Source of the DNA: Camelus dromedarius
Lineage: Eukaryota
Assembly: GCF_036321535.1 (NCBI RefSeq)
Contig: NC_087436.1
Location: 14,260,001-14,324,000, forward strand
Direction: 5' to 3'
DNA length: 64,000 nucleotides
Below the pieces are notes generated by a model that was given only the letters and a program-made list of their open reading frames with translations, did not search any database and was not told where the DNA came from. Each line of letters opens with the position of its first letter. Positions within the stretch are counted from its first letter, which is position 1. The position numbers were made by a program, and so were the translations under genes. Below, one piece after another: positions 1 through 11,632 of the stretch.

Positions 1-1589
1 ACGATTTTCTATACACGAAGCACCAGAGGGCAAGGAAATACTTGTACAATGCATAATAGGGAGCATTAAAAGGCCACCCGGACATTTGCCTAAATCGCCA
101 CTTTCTGGGCTGATCAAATAGCCAACCCTTGCCCTAAAAGTCAATAAATTCTGGTTTTGACAGAAAAAAAATCAGCTACTGAGAAACCTTAATCTGGGAT
201 TTTTTTGAATGTCATCCCTCAGTGGGCAATGTTTTACAGTTACAACTAGTCCATGTCTCAGCTACTTCATAAACAGCACAGAAAATTCAATCACCAAGCT
301 AAGCTAAGCTCAATAAAATCATAACTGTAATTTCAATAAAACAGAATAAATTATGGGGTGAGGTTGGTTATTATTGTTGGATTTTAAAGTACACACAGTT
401 GTCTAAAAGTTTCCTGACAACCAGCTACTGAGTACATATAGACTGGTTTATAATTTTGTTCAAAAGTTTCAAACAGATCAATTATATTGGATAAATTGAG
501 ATTTTGTATCACATTGTACATTGAGTGATTCCTCACTGCAATATGTGAAAATTATTTTTATAATTCGATGTGAAAATCTGAGATTAGTCTAGTTCAAGCT
601 TGAGGCCTAACGATCAAAAGCAGAACATAGGGGGCCCATGGGTTTTCATTTTGGCTTTAAAACTGGTTCCTAGTGAGCAAACCATTTAACCTCTAGAGGC
701 TTACTTTTCTCCTTTGCAGATTAAATATACAATGTTTTGTGTATGAACAGTCACATCTAATATATTTGCCCTTCTTTAACATGGGTTAATATTTTTAAAA
801 GCGTGTAAGAAATGAAGGCTGAAGAGAAAGACATTATATGCTTCAAATGAAATATATTTTATATTTTAAAATATACTAAGCTGAAATATATTTTAGTTGC
901 TAAAATAAGTGGACAAAGTAGAGAGACAAAAACTAGATTCACACAGTTCTTAACTGGGAAGTGGTAGGAGATACTTTTGGAACAAAAGAAGTTTCATCTT
1001 CAAAGACACAAATATTAAAATAATCTTAAAGACTAGAAAATACAAATGCTTAAAATGATTAGAGAGATCAAAGAAAGTATTCATTATGAACAAATTAGGA
1101 TATTATGAATAAGGAATAAACAAATTTGGAAAAGAACCAAATAAAGTTTATAGAAATGAAAAATATACATAATAAATCCTTTGAAAAATATAGGCAATGC
1201 CCATGGAAGGATTTAAATAAAGACTGGAGAACCAATTACTGGGAATGTTACTGAATTCCTACTGAAGTATATCTTATTGAGAGATTGCTTCAAAGTTATT
1301 GAAGGAAACGATATTGATAGATTTCTTCTGTTTCTTTTTTGCCAACTTCTGATTTTAATATTATGTTAGTAAACACTTCCAACAATAAAGAAAAGTTAAA
1401 AACCGAGTCCAAAACCTAAATAAGGTACAAGCTCCATATCTCCTACCAGACAACCACAGCTATTTGTCTTGACCTTCCTTTCCAAGTCACCAAGAATCTC
1501 ATATGTTAATGATACTAAACAGAAAATTATAAACACAGCATAGGACAGAAACATCTCTTCTTGTGCAGAAATCAAAAGTTAACTTTCCA

Positions 1590-3690
1590 TAAAAAAGCAA
1601 TCCCTTAAAATTGCATTAAAAATAAATAAAATACCTAGGAACAAACCTAACCAAGGAGATCAAAGACCTATCTGCTGAGAACTATAAAACACTGATAAAG
1701 GAAGCTGAAGGTGATTCAAAGAAATTGAAAGATATCGCATGCTCTTGGACTAGAAGAATTACTGTTGTTAAAATGGCAATATTACCCAAAGCAATTTGCA
1801 GATTTAATGTGATCCCTATCAAATTACCAATGACATTTTCCACAGAACTAGAAGACGAAATCCTAAAATTTATATTGAATCGCAAAAGACCCAGAATTGC
1901 CAAAACAATCCTGAGGGGAAAAAAAAACACAAAGCTGGAGGGATAGCCGTCCCAGACTTTAGACAATACTGCAAAGCTACAGTAACCAAAACAGCATGGG
2001 GTTGGCACAAAAACAGACATATGGATCGATGGAACAGAACAGAGAGCCCAGAAATAAAGCCACACACCTACGGTCAATTAATCTTCAACAAAGGAGGCAT
2101 GAATATACAATGGAGAAAGACAGTTGCTTTAGCAAGTGATGTCAGGAAAACTGGACAGCTGCACGTAAGAGCTGTGGCTCTTACATTACAGCACTCCCTC
2201 ACAACACACACAAAAATAAACTCAAAATGGTTTAAAGATTTAAATATAAGACATGACATGATAAAACTCCTGAAAAAGAAAACAGGCAAAATATTCTACA
2301 TAAATCGTAGCAGTATTTTCTTAGCTCAGTCTCCCAATGCAAAAGAAATAAAAGTAAAAATAAACAAATGGGACCTAATTAAATTTATAAGCTTCTGCAC
2401 AGCAAAGAAAACCATAAACAAAACAAACAGACAACACACAGAATGGGAGGAAATATTTGCAAATGATGTAACCGACTAGGGATTAATTTCCAAAATATAC
2501 AAACAGCTCATACAACTCAGTATCAGAAAAACAAAAACAAAAACAAAAAAACAATCCAATCAAAAATGGGCAAAAGATCTAAACATACATTTCTCCAAAG
2601 AAGACATGGAGATGGCCAACAGATACATGAAAAGATACTTAACATTGATAATTATTGGAGAAATGCAAATCAAAACTACAATGAGGTGTTACCTCACAAT
2701 TGTCAGAATGGCCATCATCAAAAAGTCTACAAATAATAAATGCTGGAGAGGGTGTGGAGAAAAGGGAATCCTGCTACTCTGTTGGTGGGAATGTAAACTG
2801 GTGCAGTCACTATGGAGAACAGTATGGAAGTTCCTTAAAAAAACTAAAAATAGAGTTACCAAGACCCAGCAATCTAATTTCTGGGCATTTATCTGGAAAA
2901 CATGAAAACTTTAATTGGAAAAGATACATGCACCTCAATGTTCACAGCAGCACTATTTATAATAGCCAAGTCATGGAAGCAACCTAAGTGTCCACCAACA
3001 GATGAATGGATAAAGAACATGTGGTGTGTATATGTAGACAAATACATAACGGAATATTACTCAGCCACAAAAAAGAATGAGATATTGCTATCTGCAGTAA
3101 CATGGATGGACTTAGAGATTATTACACAAGTGAAGTTAAGTCAAATAGAGAACGACAAATACTACACGATATCATTTATGTGTGGAATCTAAAAAATAAT
3201 ACAAATAAACTTATCTACAAAAAAGAAACAGAGTCACAGACATAGAAAACAAACTTACAGTTACCAAATGGGGATGTGGGGGGAGGGATAAATTAGGAGT
3301 ATAACATTAACAAATACACACCGATATATATAAAATAGATAAACAACAAAGATTTATTATTATAGCACAGGGAATTATATTCAATATCTTCTAATAACCT
3401 ATAATGGAAAAGAATCTGAAAAGGAATATATATGTATAACTGAATCACTTTGCTGTATACCTGAAACTAGCACAATACTGTAAATCAACTATGGTTCAAT
3501 AGAAAGAAAAAACATTTTCAGGGGATTAGAGAGGGTGTGCGCAAAAAGACAAACTATAGAGAGAACACAGTAATAACTTTCTTCCTTGAATTGGAACTGT
3601 GTGTTTATAAGGTACAGAAATGTTTTTGTTTATAAGGTACAGAAATGTTTTGAACAACTACCACCAAAAAATTGTAAGACAATTAAAAAC
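1590..3690 (+). mobile_element. 5'-truncated L1 (ORF2 C-terminal part and 3'UTR to about 3512) plus about 180 bp of extra 3' sequence inside the TSD
   Basis: ORF fragments [31 protein letters not shown] and CTSMFTAALFIIAKSWKQPKCP are L1 ORF2. Direct repeat CAAAAGTTAACTTTCCA at 1573-1589 and 3690-3706. Confidence 0.93.
3602..3651. repeat. Perfect 25-bp tandem duplication TGTTTATAAGGTACAGAAATGTTTT x2
   Basis: Units at 3602-3626 and 3627-3651 read directly. Confidence 0.97.
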
Positions 3691-3829
3691 AAAAGTTAAC
3701 TTTCCAAGTGGTTTGAACTTTTACTTGTAAAAGTACAGGATAAGGATACGTATAGAAAGCATTAGGGCATATACAGAGGAGGCAGAAATGAGTTGCACAT
3801 TCAAGAGAAACTGAAACTTGGAGTCTGGC

Positions 3830-4290
3830 TGTTGCGGAAGCAGCATAAGTGCTTCCATTGGGAAGCAGCAGTAATGAGGTTGACAAGGTAGGTTTAGGGC
3901 AGATTGGAGAGGGCATCTGGTACCTGCCTGGTAAAACACAAGGCCGTCTTCTTCTAAGGAAGCTGGAGCTGGGAGCTCTTCCATCTCCTTATTCTCTAGC
4001 GGGCAGGGTTTGGGTACATGACCAAGCTCAACCAGATACTCTCAAGGAAATGAAGGAAAGTATGCAGGAGCCTTTTGGAAATTATTATTTATGGGAGCTG
4101 TAGTAGCATCAAGTACCAGAGGTACCTGGCATCAGGATCCTAATTCGATTCTTCTGAAACATTATCTTGGCTTTGGTTCTTGCCTATTTCTAGAATCTCT
4201 TCTTCTGCCTTTCTGTTAGCTCTGTGGGCTATCCTATAACCTTCTAATACATTATTTTTCTGTCCATATCGGCCTCTTGTTTGCAATGTA
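3830..4290 (+). mobile_element. Ancient ERVL/MaLR-class LTR remnant
   Basis: The 3' part (cttctaatacattatttttctg...cttgtttgcaa) resembles the U5 end of old ERVL/MaLR LTRs. Boundaries approximate. Confidence 0.45.
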
Positions 4291-4334
4291 AAACCATTTG
4301 TAAAACAGATAATATAGTAAAAATCTATACCTAC

Positions 4335-4492
4335 CTGGCACTTTCATACTGTTTCACAGTCATTAAAGTATCTTCTATTGTTTTATTCACCAAAGTGTTC
4401 ACACTGGCGATGAAAAAATTAATGGCTCCTAGAAGAGTCTCTCCATTTTTAGCCAGAAGCTTCTGGGTATCTGCGTTATAGCCAAATTCTTC
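4335..4492 (-). CDS. ARFIP1: Arfaptin-1 exon, AH/BAR domain; [52 protein letters not shown](R)
   Basis: Translated by hand. Acceptor gttttAG, donor CAG|GTAGGT. 158 nt, phase 0 to 2. The remaining exons are left of the window. Confidence 0.97.
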
Positions 4493-6949
4493 CTAAAACA
4501 AAAGAAGTCACCTTAACTTATCCAGTTATAAATGAGTAAATGTGACTAAAAAAAACCTCAAACATATCCCTACTGGGAAAATACCTGATTTAGAAATCTA
4601 GCTACAGAAGTTTTTTCTTTCAATGTTTAAATAAATAAATAGGAATCTAAATCCCAACTAGCCATACAAGTACAGAAAAAGTCTAATAAACCAAAATTAT
4701 CATCAGCTCAGATGCATAGCTAAAATCAAATAATCTTAAAAAGTTAAACTACTTTGTACTAGAAAGAATATTTTCATTTCTACGTTTTGTTTCTATTATA
4801 CTGTAAGCACAGCTGCGAAGAAGAAAAATATAGCAGATTATTAATCAGAGAAACTTTAACTTTCACAACCAAATTAGGTAACAATCGGCTAAAACTTTCA
4901 GACATAAAATTGACTGCAAATTTTATGTTTTGACTGAATCTCCTCAAAGTATAAATATTAACAATACACATTTCTTTGTAAACTTAGTGACCAGTTGACT
5001 CCCAAGCTCAGATCCATCTAGACAAACAGCTCAGGAAAGATCACTCAACACCAGTTTTAGTTCATTCTCTGAACAAACTGAGTCTTGGCTTAGCAAAGAT
5101 TACACGTGACTCCTTCACATATGGATGGCAGGGACTAACTCTAAATTTTCAGCAATGAAAGCTTTCTAGTCTAAGTTTGGTTAATTAACAGGTTATCAGG
5201 AACACATCTGACCAAATTAAAAAACTGCTCATATCTTATTGTAAGATATATCATTTAAGTTGAGAATTCTGAGTTTATTATATAATACTTTTAAAAATTT
5301 CAGCTGAAAACAATAATGCAATAATGTAATATTAAATTAACTAGAATCTTAGCAGATGCAAATTTCATGTTAGTGCTATAGCTATAATTAAATTTCTAGA
5401 TAGAATATTCAATCATTAATAAATAGCAGGAAAATAAAATTATCTTTATTATTCTAAAAGCATTTCCCATTCAAGAGAGGTCTATGTAACTCTTAACTCA
5501 TGTAAGTTTTGAACTCAGTCTTCAAAACTGTAGTTTTGCAAATATTGGCAGATAAGGATTATATAAAACAACTATCAATAAATGTATGTAAAAACTAAAA
5601 TGAAAGGCAGAATAGCTGAAGTTTTTTGGCACCATTTTTGCAAGCTAAGTTACAATACAGAAGACTAAATAAATGTTACTACAAACAGAATACAAGAGAA
5701 AATATTTTTTACAAATTTTAGAAAAAATTCACACAACATATTATAACTATTCTTACTGTCTTCGATATTCATTAAGAGGTAAAAAGCAAAATAAAAAAAT
5801 TACCAAATAAGAGGAATAAAACTATAAACACTGAATTGGATATAAATATCATAATTATTAAAAACAAAAACCTTTACTACTCACTGTATCATAAAGTATG
5901 TATCATTGCATCATACCCCTGGTAACATTGTTCATTTCTAAAAGTTCTCAATATCCACAATTCCACATTACTAACTTTGAAAATGCCATGAGTTCTAATT
6001 TAGCCACAGGGAGAGCTATACAACCTAGGAAGCTTTGCTTTTACTAACAACAAATAAACAAAAAAACTAGAGTGTAGTAAGGTGAAATCACAGCAGACTG
6101 AAATGTTATGTAGCAGAATTTGGAATCCTATATTTACAGAGAAGGAAAACAGGCTTAAATTCAAAGCAGACAGGAGGAGTAAACGGATACTTGTTTCATG
6201 AACGTAAATCCCACCCTGTGAAGAAAATATGTATAAACCTTAAGATTTTACTGTGTAATATGAAACCTTAACTGGATAGAATAAAAAAGCTTTTTTAAAG
6301 TAAGGTACAAGAGACATGGTAGTAAAAGATATAAAATAATTAAGACACATGTACATGCATTATAAACACACACATATATAATTAAATATGCTTTCTTGGC
6401 AATGAAAATAAAATAAAGCATGACTCCTAAACTTCATTTAGTTGATAAGTGATTTCAGCGTTCTCAACTGGACGGGGTATTTTACACATCACTGTAATAG
6501 TCAAAGGGTACACACATCAAGAACAGGGCTGCAGTTCCTATCTGTCACTGAAGAAGAAAATAATCCCTTGATCTAAAAATCTACTTGCTTTGTACTTAGA
6601 GAATGAAGTTTCACAATATTTGAATTTTTTCCTCTTACATTATTTACAACATTTACTAGATGTAAATGACCACCACTTTCCATTCAATTTCTACATTAGG
6701 ACCAAATAATAGAAGCATCTGATTGGATCTAAAACATCACGTTTTAGTAACGTATTACTACCTAAATAGTAACAGATGAGTTATTTTAAACAAATACATA
6801 GAGCAATAAAAAACTAGAATCACAAGTACTAAGACAGTAATATGGATTGTGGAAACTTTCCTAACCTCAATGTAGGTGTTACCCTCTAAACTGAGAAAAT
6901 ATAATTTAATGAGGTACCGTGGTATAACAGAACTAGGAGTTAGAAGGCA

Positions 6950-7170
6950 CGTGATAAAATGGCAAAAGTCTAGTTTGGGAATTCAGTCCTTTTGGGAATT
7001 CATATCTTCATTCTGCCACTGGCTGGATTTGTGTCTTTCATGAATAACTCAAATTCTTTGGGTCTCAATTTCCTTACTAATAAAATGAAGATAATTCCCT
7101 TATAAGCCTGTAGGACGTGTAATGAGATAACCTGTATAAAGTTCTGAGAGATGAGAAGCATTTATTAAAG
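6950..7170 (+). mobile_element. MIR SINE
   Basis: MIR core-like ttctgccact...ctttgggtctcaatttccttactaataaaatgaagataat. Confidence 0.7.
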
Positions 7171-7453
7171 GATTATTTCCTATCCCCTTCAGGAGATTTG
7201 ACATTTTTATGTTTGGATACTGGTTGTTCCTCTAGAAAATGAAGAAATTAACCTCATCTTTAAAATCTTCCTCAGCCCCCAAAGGCCACAATCTCAACAA
7301 CAGCTATCATAACCATCACAATTTATTCAGTGCTGCTATGTGCCAGGCCCTGGGCCATGCATTTTCCAGGAATCTCAGTTACTATGGCACCAGGTGGAAG
7401 GAAGGGGACACCAGCTCTTCACTACTGTACTCTGTAAGCTTTCCCTCAGAAAG

Positions 7454-8170
7454 AACCAAAAGGCAAAGAAGGGAGTGACTCTGGCAGGTGTGGTTGATCC
7501 TGATTACTGAGGGGAAACTGGACAGCTACTCCACAATGGTGGTAAGGAAGGTATGCCTGGAATACAGGCGATCCTTTAGGGCGTCTCTTAGCACTACCAT
7601 GCCCTGTGACTAATGTCAATGGAAAACTACAACAATCCATTTCAGGAAGGACTACTAATGGCCTGGACCTTTCAGGAATGAAGGTTTGGGTTGCCCAACC
7701 AGGCAAAGAACCGTCACAGGCTGAGGTGCTACCTGAGGGCAAATGCAACATGGAATGGGTAATGGAAGAAGTTACAACCATGTGACCATTCGTAGAAATG
7801 AGGACTATAATTCTCATAAGCATTGCTTCCTTACTTTGTCATGAATGTCTGTATGTGTATAAGTGAATATCTTTGTTTTCTTTCCTTATCACCTTATCAT
7901 ATAAGATACATCAACTAACTTTATATCATAGTATTTAACTACTGTTAACTTTATATCATCGTATTTAAGGTTCAGAAGATCAAGGGAAAAAGTGACCCTC
8001 ACTCAAGGACTTCGTATCTTCTTCTGGGGAAAGGGTTAGTGTATGTTTAATAATACACAGGATAGTTGTATCATGTTAGGTGGAAGTACGACTTTATTCT
8101 CTTGATTTGGAGATCAAGTGTGGTTTAAAGAGATGTGTATTAAGTGCTGGTAAGCTGACAAAGGGTAGAC
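7454..8170 (+). mobile_element. ERV-L internal fragment (degraded dUTPase region to polypurine tract)
   Basis: Translates with stops and frameshifts to ...AKKGVT-LAGVVDPDY*GETGQLLHNGGKE...GDPLGRLLALPCPVTNVNGKLQQ, typical of the ERV-L dUTPase. A PPT-like gacaaagggtagac abuts the LTR. Confidence 0.85.
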
Positions 8171-8636
8171 TGTGATGGTGAATTTTATGAGCCAACTTGA
8201 TTTGACAATGGTGTCCAGTTGTTTGGTCAAACTTTAGTCCAGATGTTGCTATGAAGGTACAGATTTTGTTGATGTGATTAACATTAACATTTATACTGAT
8301 AAACATTGTAGATGTGATTTCAAGTTGACTTCAAGGAGATTATCCTCCATAGTGTGAGTGGGCCTCATCCAATCAGCTGAAGGCCTTAAGAGCAAAAGAC
8401 TGATTGAGGTTTACCGAAGAAGGAATTGTTTTAAAATTGTAATACAGAAATCCTGTCTGAGTTTCTAGCCTGCTGGTCTATCCTACAGATTTCAGACTTG
8501 CCAATCCCTAGAATAGTGAGAGCCAATTCCTTAAAATAAACCTCAAAATGTGTGTGTGTGTGTATGTGTGAGTGTGCGTGTATTAGGTACATATCTCGTA
8601 TTGATTCTATTTCTGTGGAAAACCCTGACTGATACA
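8171..8636 (+). mobile_element. MLT2-type (ERV-L) 3' LTR
   Basis: TGTGATGGTGAATTTTATG...GAAAACCCTGACTGATACA termini, internal gggcctcatccaatcagctgaaggcctta motif and a (TG)n tract. Confidence 0.9.
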
Positions 8637-8980
8637 AAACATCCATCCTATAACTATTGATTTCAGATTTCAAATTCATCTCCAATAGGTACTAGTTTAC
8701 CATTATTTTTACACTTATAAACAGCAATTAGAATATCGAATCCAATGAATTTTAAAAAATTTCTATATTATCCATTTCCTTGAAATCATTTTTGTATACA
8801 CACTTACTCTCAGTATCTGTTCACTAACAAACATACAAAGTACATTTTGGTGCATAAATATCATAAAAGAAGAATATATCATGTCTTTTTAGCAAAATAG
8901 GATGGTCCAGATGCATTTCTGTCAAAAAATGTTACATGTTGGGGTCATTCCTGTTGAACAACTAACTAGATGAAAACATT

Positions 8981-9384
8981 TGTGATGGTTTATGTGTCAA
9001 CTTGGCTGGGCCACAGTGTCCAGATATCTGGTCAAACATTATTCTGAATGTTTCTGTGAGAGTGTTTTTGTAGATGAGACTTATATTTTGATCAGTGTAT
9101 AATCTGTAGAGCAGACTGCCCTCCACAATGTGAGTGGGTCTCCTACAATCAGTTGAAGACCTTAATAGAACAAAGTCTGACATCTCCTGGGCTAGAAGGA
9201 ATTCTGCTAGCAGACTGCCTTTGTACTCATACTGCAACTCTTCTGTGGGTCTCCAGCTGCCAGTCTACCCTGCAGATTTTGGATATACCAGCCTCCACAA
9301 ACACATGAACCAATTTCTTAAAATAAAACTCTATATAGCTATATATCCTATTGATTATTTCTTTTGAGAATCTTGTCTGATACA
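8981..9384 (+). mobile_element. Second MLT2-type LTR
   Basis: TGTGATGGTTTATGTGTCAACTTGGCTGGGCCAC...TCTGATACA; homologous to 8171-8636. Confidence 0.88.
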
Positions 9385-10429
9385 ATACCATATTTCCTTT
9401 TTGTCCTTAAAAATATATTGTTATTCAGTGACTCTTTAAGAAAATTCATCCAGGATATCATCACTGGAACACTTATAGCCTGAGATTTCACTGATATAAT
9501 CAATTTTGCCATCACTGTTAAGAGTCAATACTATGGTCTTTTGTAGTCATCTTTTGATTTGTGTAATATTTGTGAAATGTCATCATCTGCTATTGTATTC
9601 TCTTTCCATTATGTGCAAAAATGAAAAATTTTGAATTCTTAGCTATGCTGCATGAACATTAAAAAAAAAAGACTACAGAAATAGTTTCTCCAGATTCTTT
9701 TTGAAAATGCAAACAAACAAGAAGTATTTATTTCACAAGTGAATCATTCTTCTAGGTAATGCTCTCATTCTTTTGTTTTATTATATTAGTCATTTTTAAC
9801 ATGGTAGGGAAAAACTGATGAGTAATGATGAAATAATTCCTAGGATGATGAAACAGCAAAATGTTTTAAGATGTAGGAAAATAAGATTACTAAGATCCCA
9901 TACTGTGTCTTTGATTCCCAATGGACCCATATGGTAGTTGCAAGACAAAGTTTAATTCAATTAAAAAAAAAAGTAAATTTTCTCATTGGAAGACCTCTAA
10001 GAAAAAATTAAAAGAGTCATGAAATATCAATCCTTATGAAGGGTTAGAAATGCTCAAATAAGAAACTCAAAAATTAAAACTGGGTCCAATAGGCTTAAAA
10101 TACTGAGGATTAATCTCTCAGTTTTGTTTAAAAAAAAAGGGGGGGGGGGAATTTCACATCCAGAAAAGAAGGATAATAAAAGTACTGCTAGCTACAGCTG
10201 AGCGTTAGATGAGCAAATACACATATAAACGACAGAATTGTACCTGGTGTGTAGTAACCCCCAATCTGTGTTAACAATTATAATTAACAGGGTCTAGTGA
10301 AGGTAGCGTCACTGGTAACACTGCTCCAACACTTCCCTAGACCCTATACTCTGGTTACCTCTTTCCATACTGTGGGAGCTTTTCTCTGGGTCAGAGATCC
10401 TCTACAGATTCCACTTAAAGAGACAGCAG

Positions 10430-10650
10430 GAGACCATGCAGAAACAGAAAGGCCTGGGTGTATATTCCAGTTCTATCTTTTGTTTGTTTTGTGATCTTGT
10501 AAAAACTACCTAATGTCTGTTGGCCTCAATTTCCTCATCTATAAAATGGGGATAACATTTCTTGCAGTGTTGTCAGATAAGTTACATGATATAATGGCTA
10601 TAAAGCACCTAGCCCATTACATTGAAATTGTGGATACTCAACAATTGCAA
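10430..10650 (+). mobile_element. MIR SINE
   Basis: Core ggcctcaatttcctcatctataaaatggggataa. Confidence 0.8.
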
Positions 10651-11410
10651 CTCAGCTTCCTAAATATTAGCTTTGTTCTTCTTTTTGTATGTTTAATGAC
10701 TCATTTAGAACTGAATCTCAGTATTTTTCTCTATTATGATGTATACTGTCATCTCTAGTCAAATTTTCTTTGTCCAAGAGTCTAGATATTACCAAATGAT
10801 TTAATGCTCTAAATTATCTGTTCCAGCTTCTAGTCTGTAGGCAAGGGATTTCTGCACCTTTTGGCTCTCGGCGAGAAAAAAAGACATAGAAGGAGTCACG
10901 TAAGTTATTGTAAGAAATTGTTAGGAATGCTTAGCTGAATATATGCAGAAAAATAATTTCATTCTGAAATTCGTAATTTGTATTATTGATTTCAGTAGAA
11001 GTATATCACAAATCCGGTCAAGCAAGTTACTGTTTGTTCAGGACACTTAGAGACTAGGTAAGAGACTTCCAGCAGGTGCCTGAATTTACTTATTACTCAC
11101 GCCCAGTTGTGCACAGTATGATCCTTCCTAGGCTCAGGCAGGCTGAGGACTCCTTTTCCTTCCTCTATCCAAGTTCCCTTCGCCTGAAACCTCTAGCTGA
11201 CATCTTCTTTAGGGTACAACTGGATCACTATGTTGACAAAAGTCAGTTGGGCCTTCTTGAAAATTATATGAAATATCTAAAAGAACACCTCAAGAGTCCA
11301 AGCTTATTAAGAGTTCAGCAAATAAGAAATGTAATAAATTACCTCTCAGAATTCTCCTACTGCCATTTTCATCCCCCTCACTCCCCAGGAGTTATTTCAA
11401 ATAATCTTAC

Positions 11411-11632
11411 ATGGAGTTCTAGTGACTTCAAACTCAGGTCAGCAAATGCATCTCCGAGTTGCCTTTGGGTATGCACCATCTGGAAAAGCTGGGTTGACAA
11501 TGTCTGAGCCAGTTTTAGAATATTTTCATATTTCTTCTTGTTATCTCTTAATATATCAATCTGAGCTTCAAGTTCAAGGTCCACAGTTCTTGATCCACGG
11601 CCTAGCTTCTCAGAGATAATCTGCCGAGTGCA
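11411..11632 (-). CDS. ARFIP1: Arfaptin-1 exon, start of AH/BAR domain; CTRQIISEKLGRGSRTVDLELEAQ...SLKSLELH
   Basis: Acceptor ctttcAG, donor CAT|GTAAGA. 222 nt, phase 0-0. Contains the arfaptin-family motif SRTVDLELEAQI. Confidence 0.98.

Noticed and set aside
20..34. CTCF-like motif GCACCAGAGGGCAAG
   Set aside because: Partial match only; cannot be supported without ChIP or conservation data.
7916..7968. Short direct repeat taactttatatcatMgtatttaa
   Set aside because: Lies inside the ERV-L internal segment and is probably an element-intrinsic feature.
11095..11190. Possible cryptic exon ending at a minus-strand GTGAGT donor
   Set aside because: No convincing polypyrimidine tract or acceptor upstream.
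11076..11507. 143-aa plus-strand ORF
   Set aside because: Non-ATG start, partly the antisense shadow of an ARFIP1 exon.
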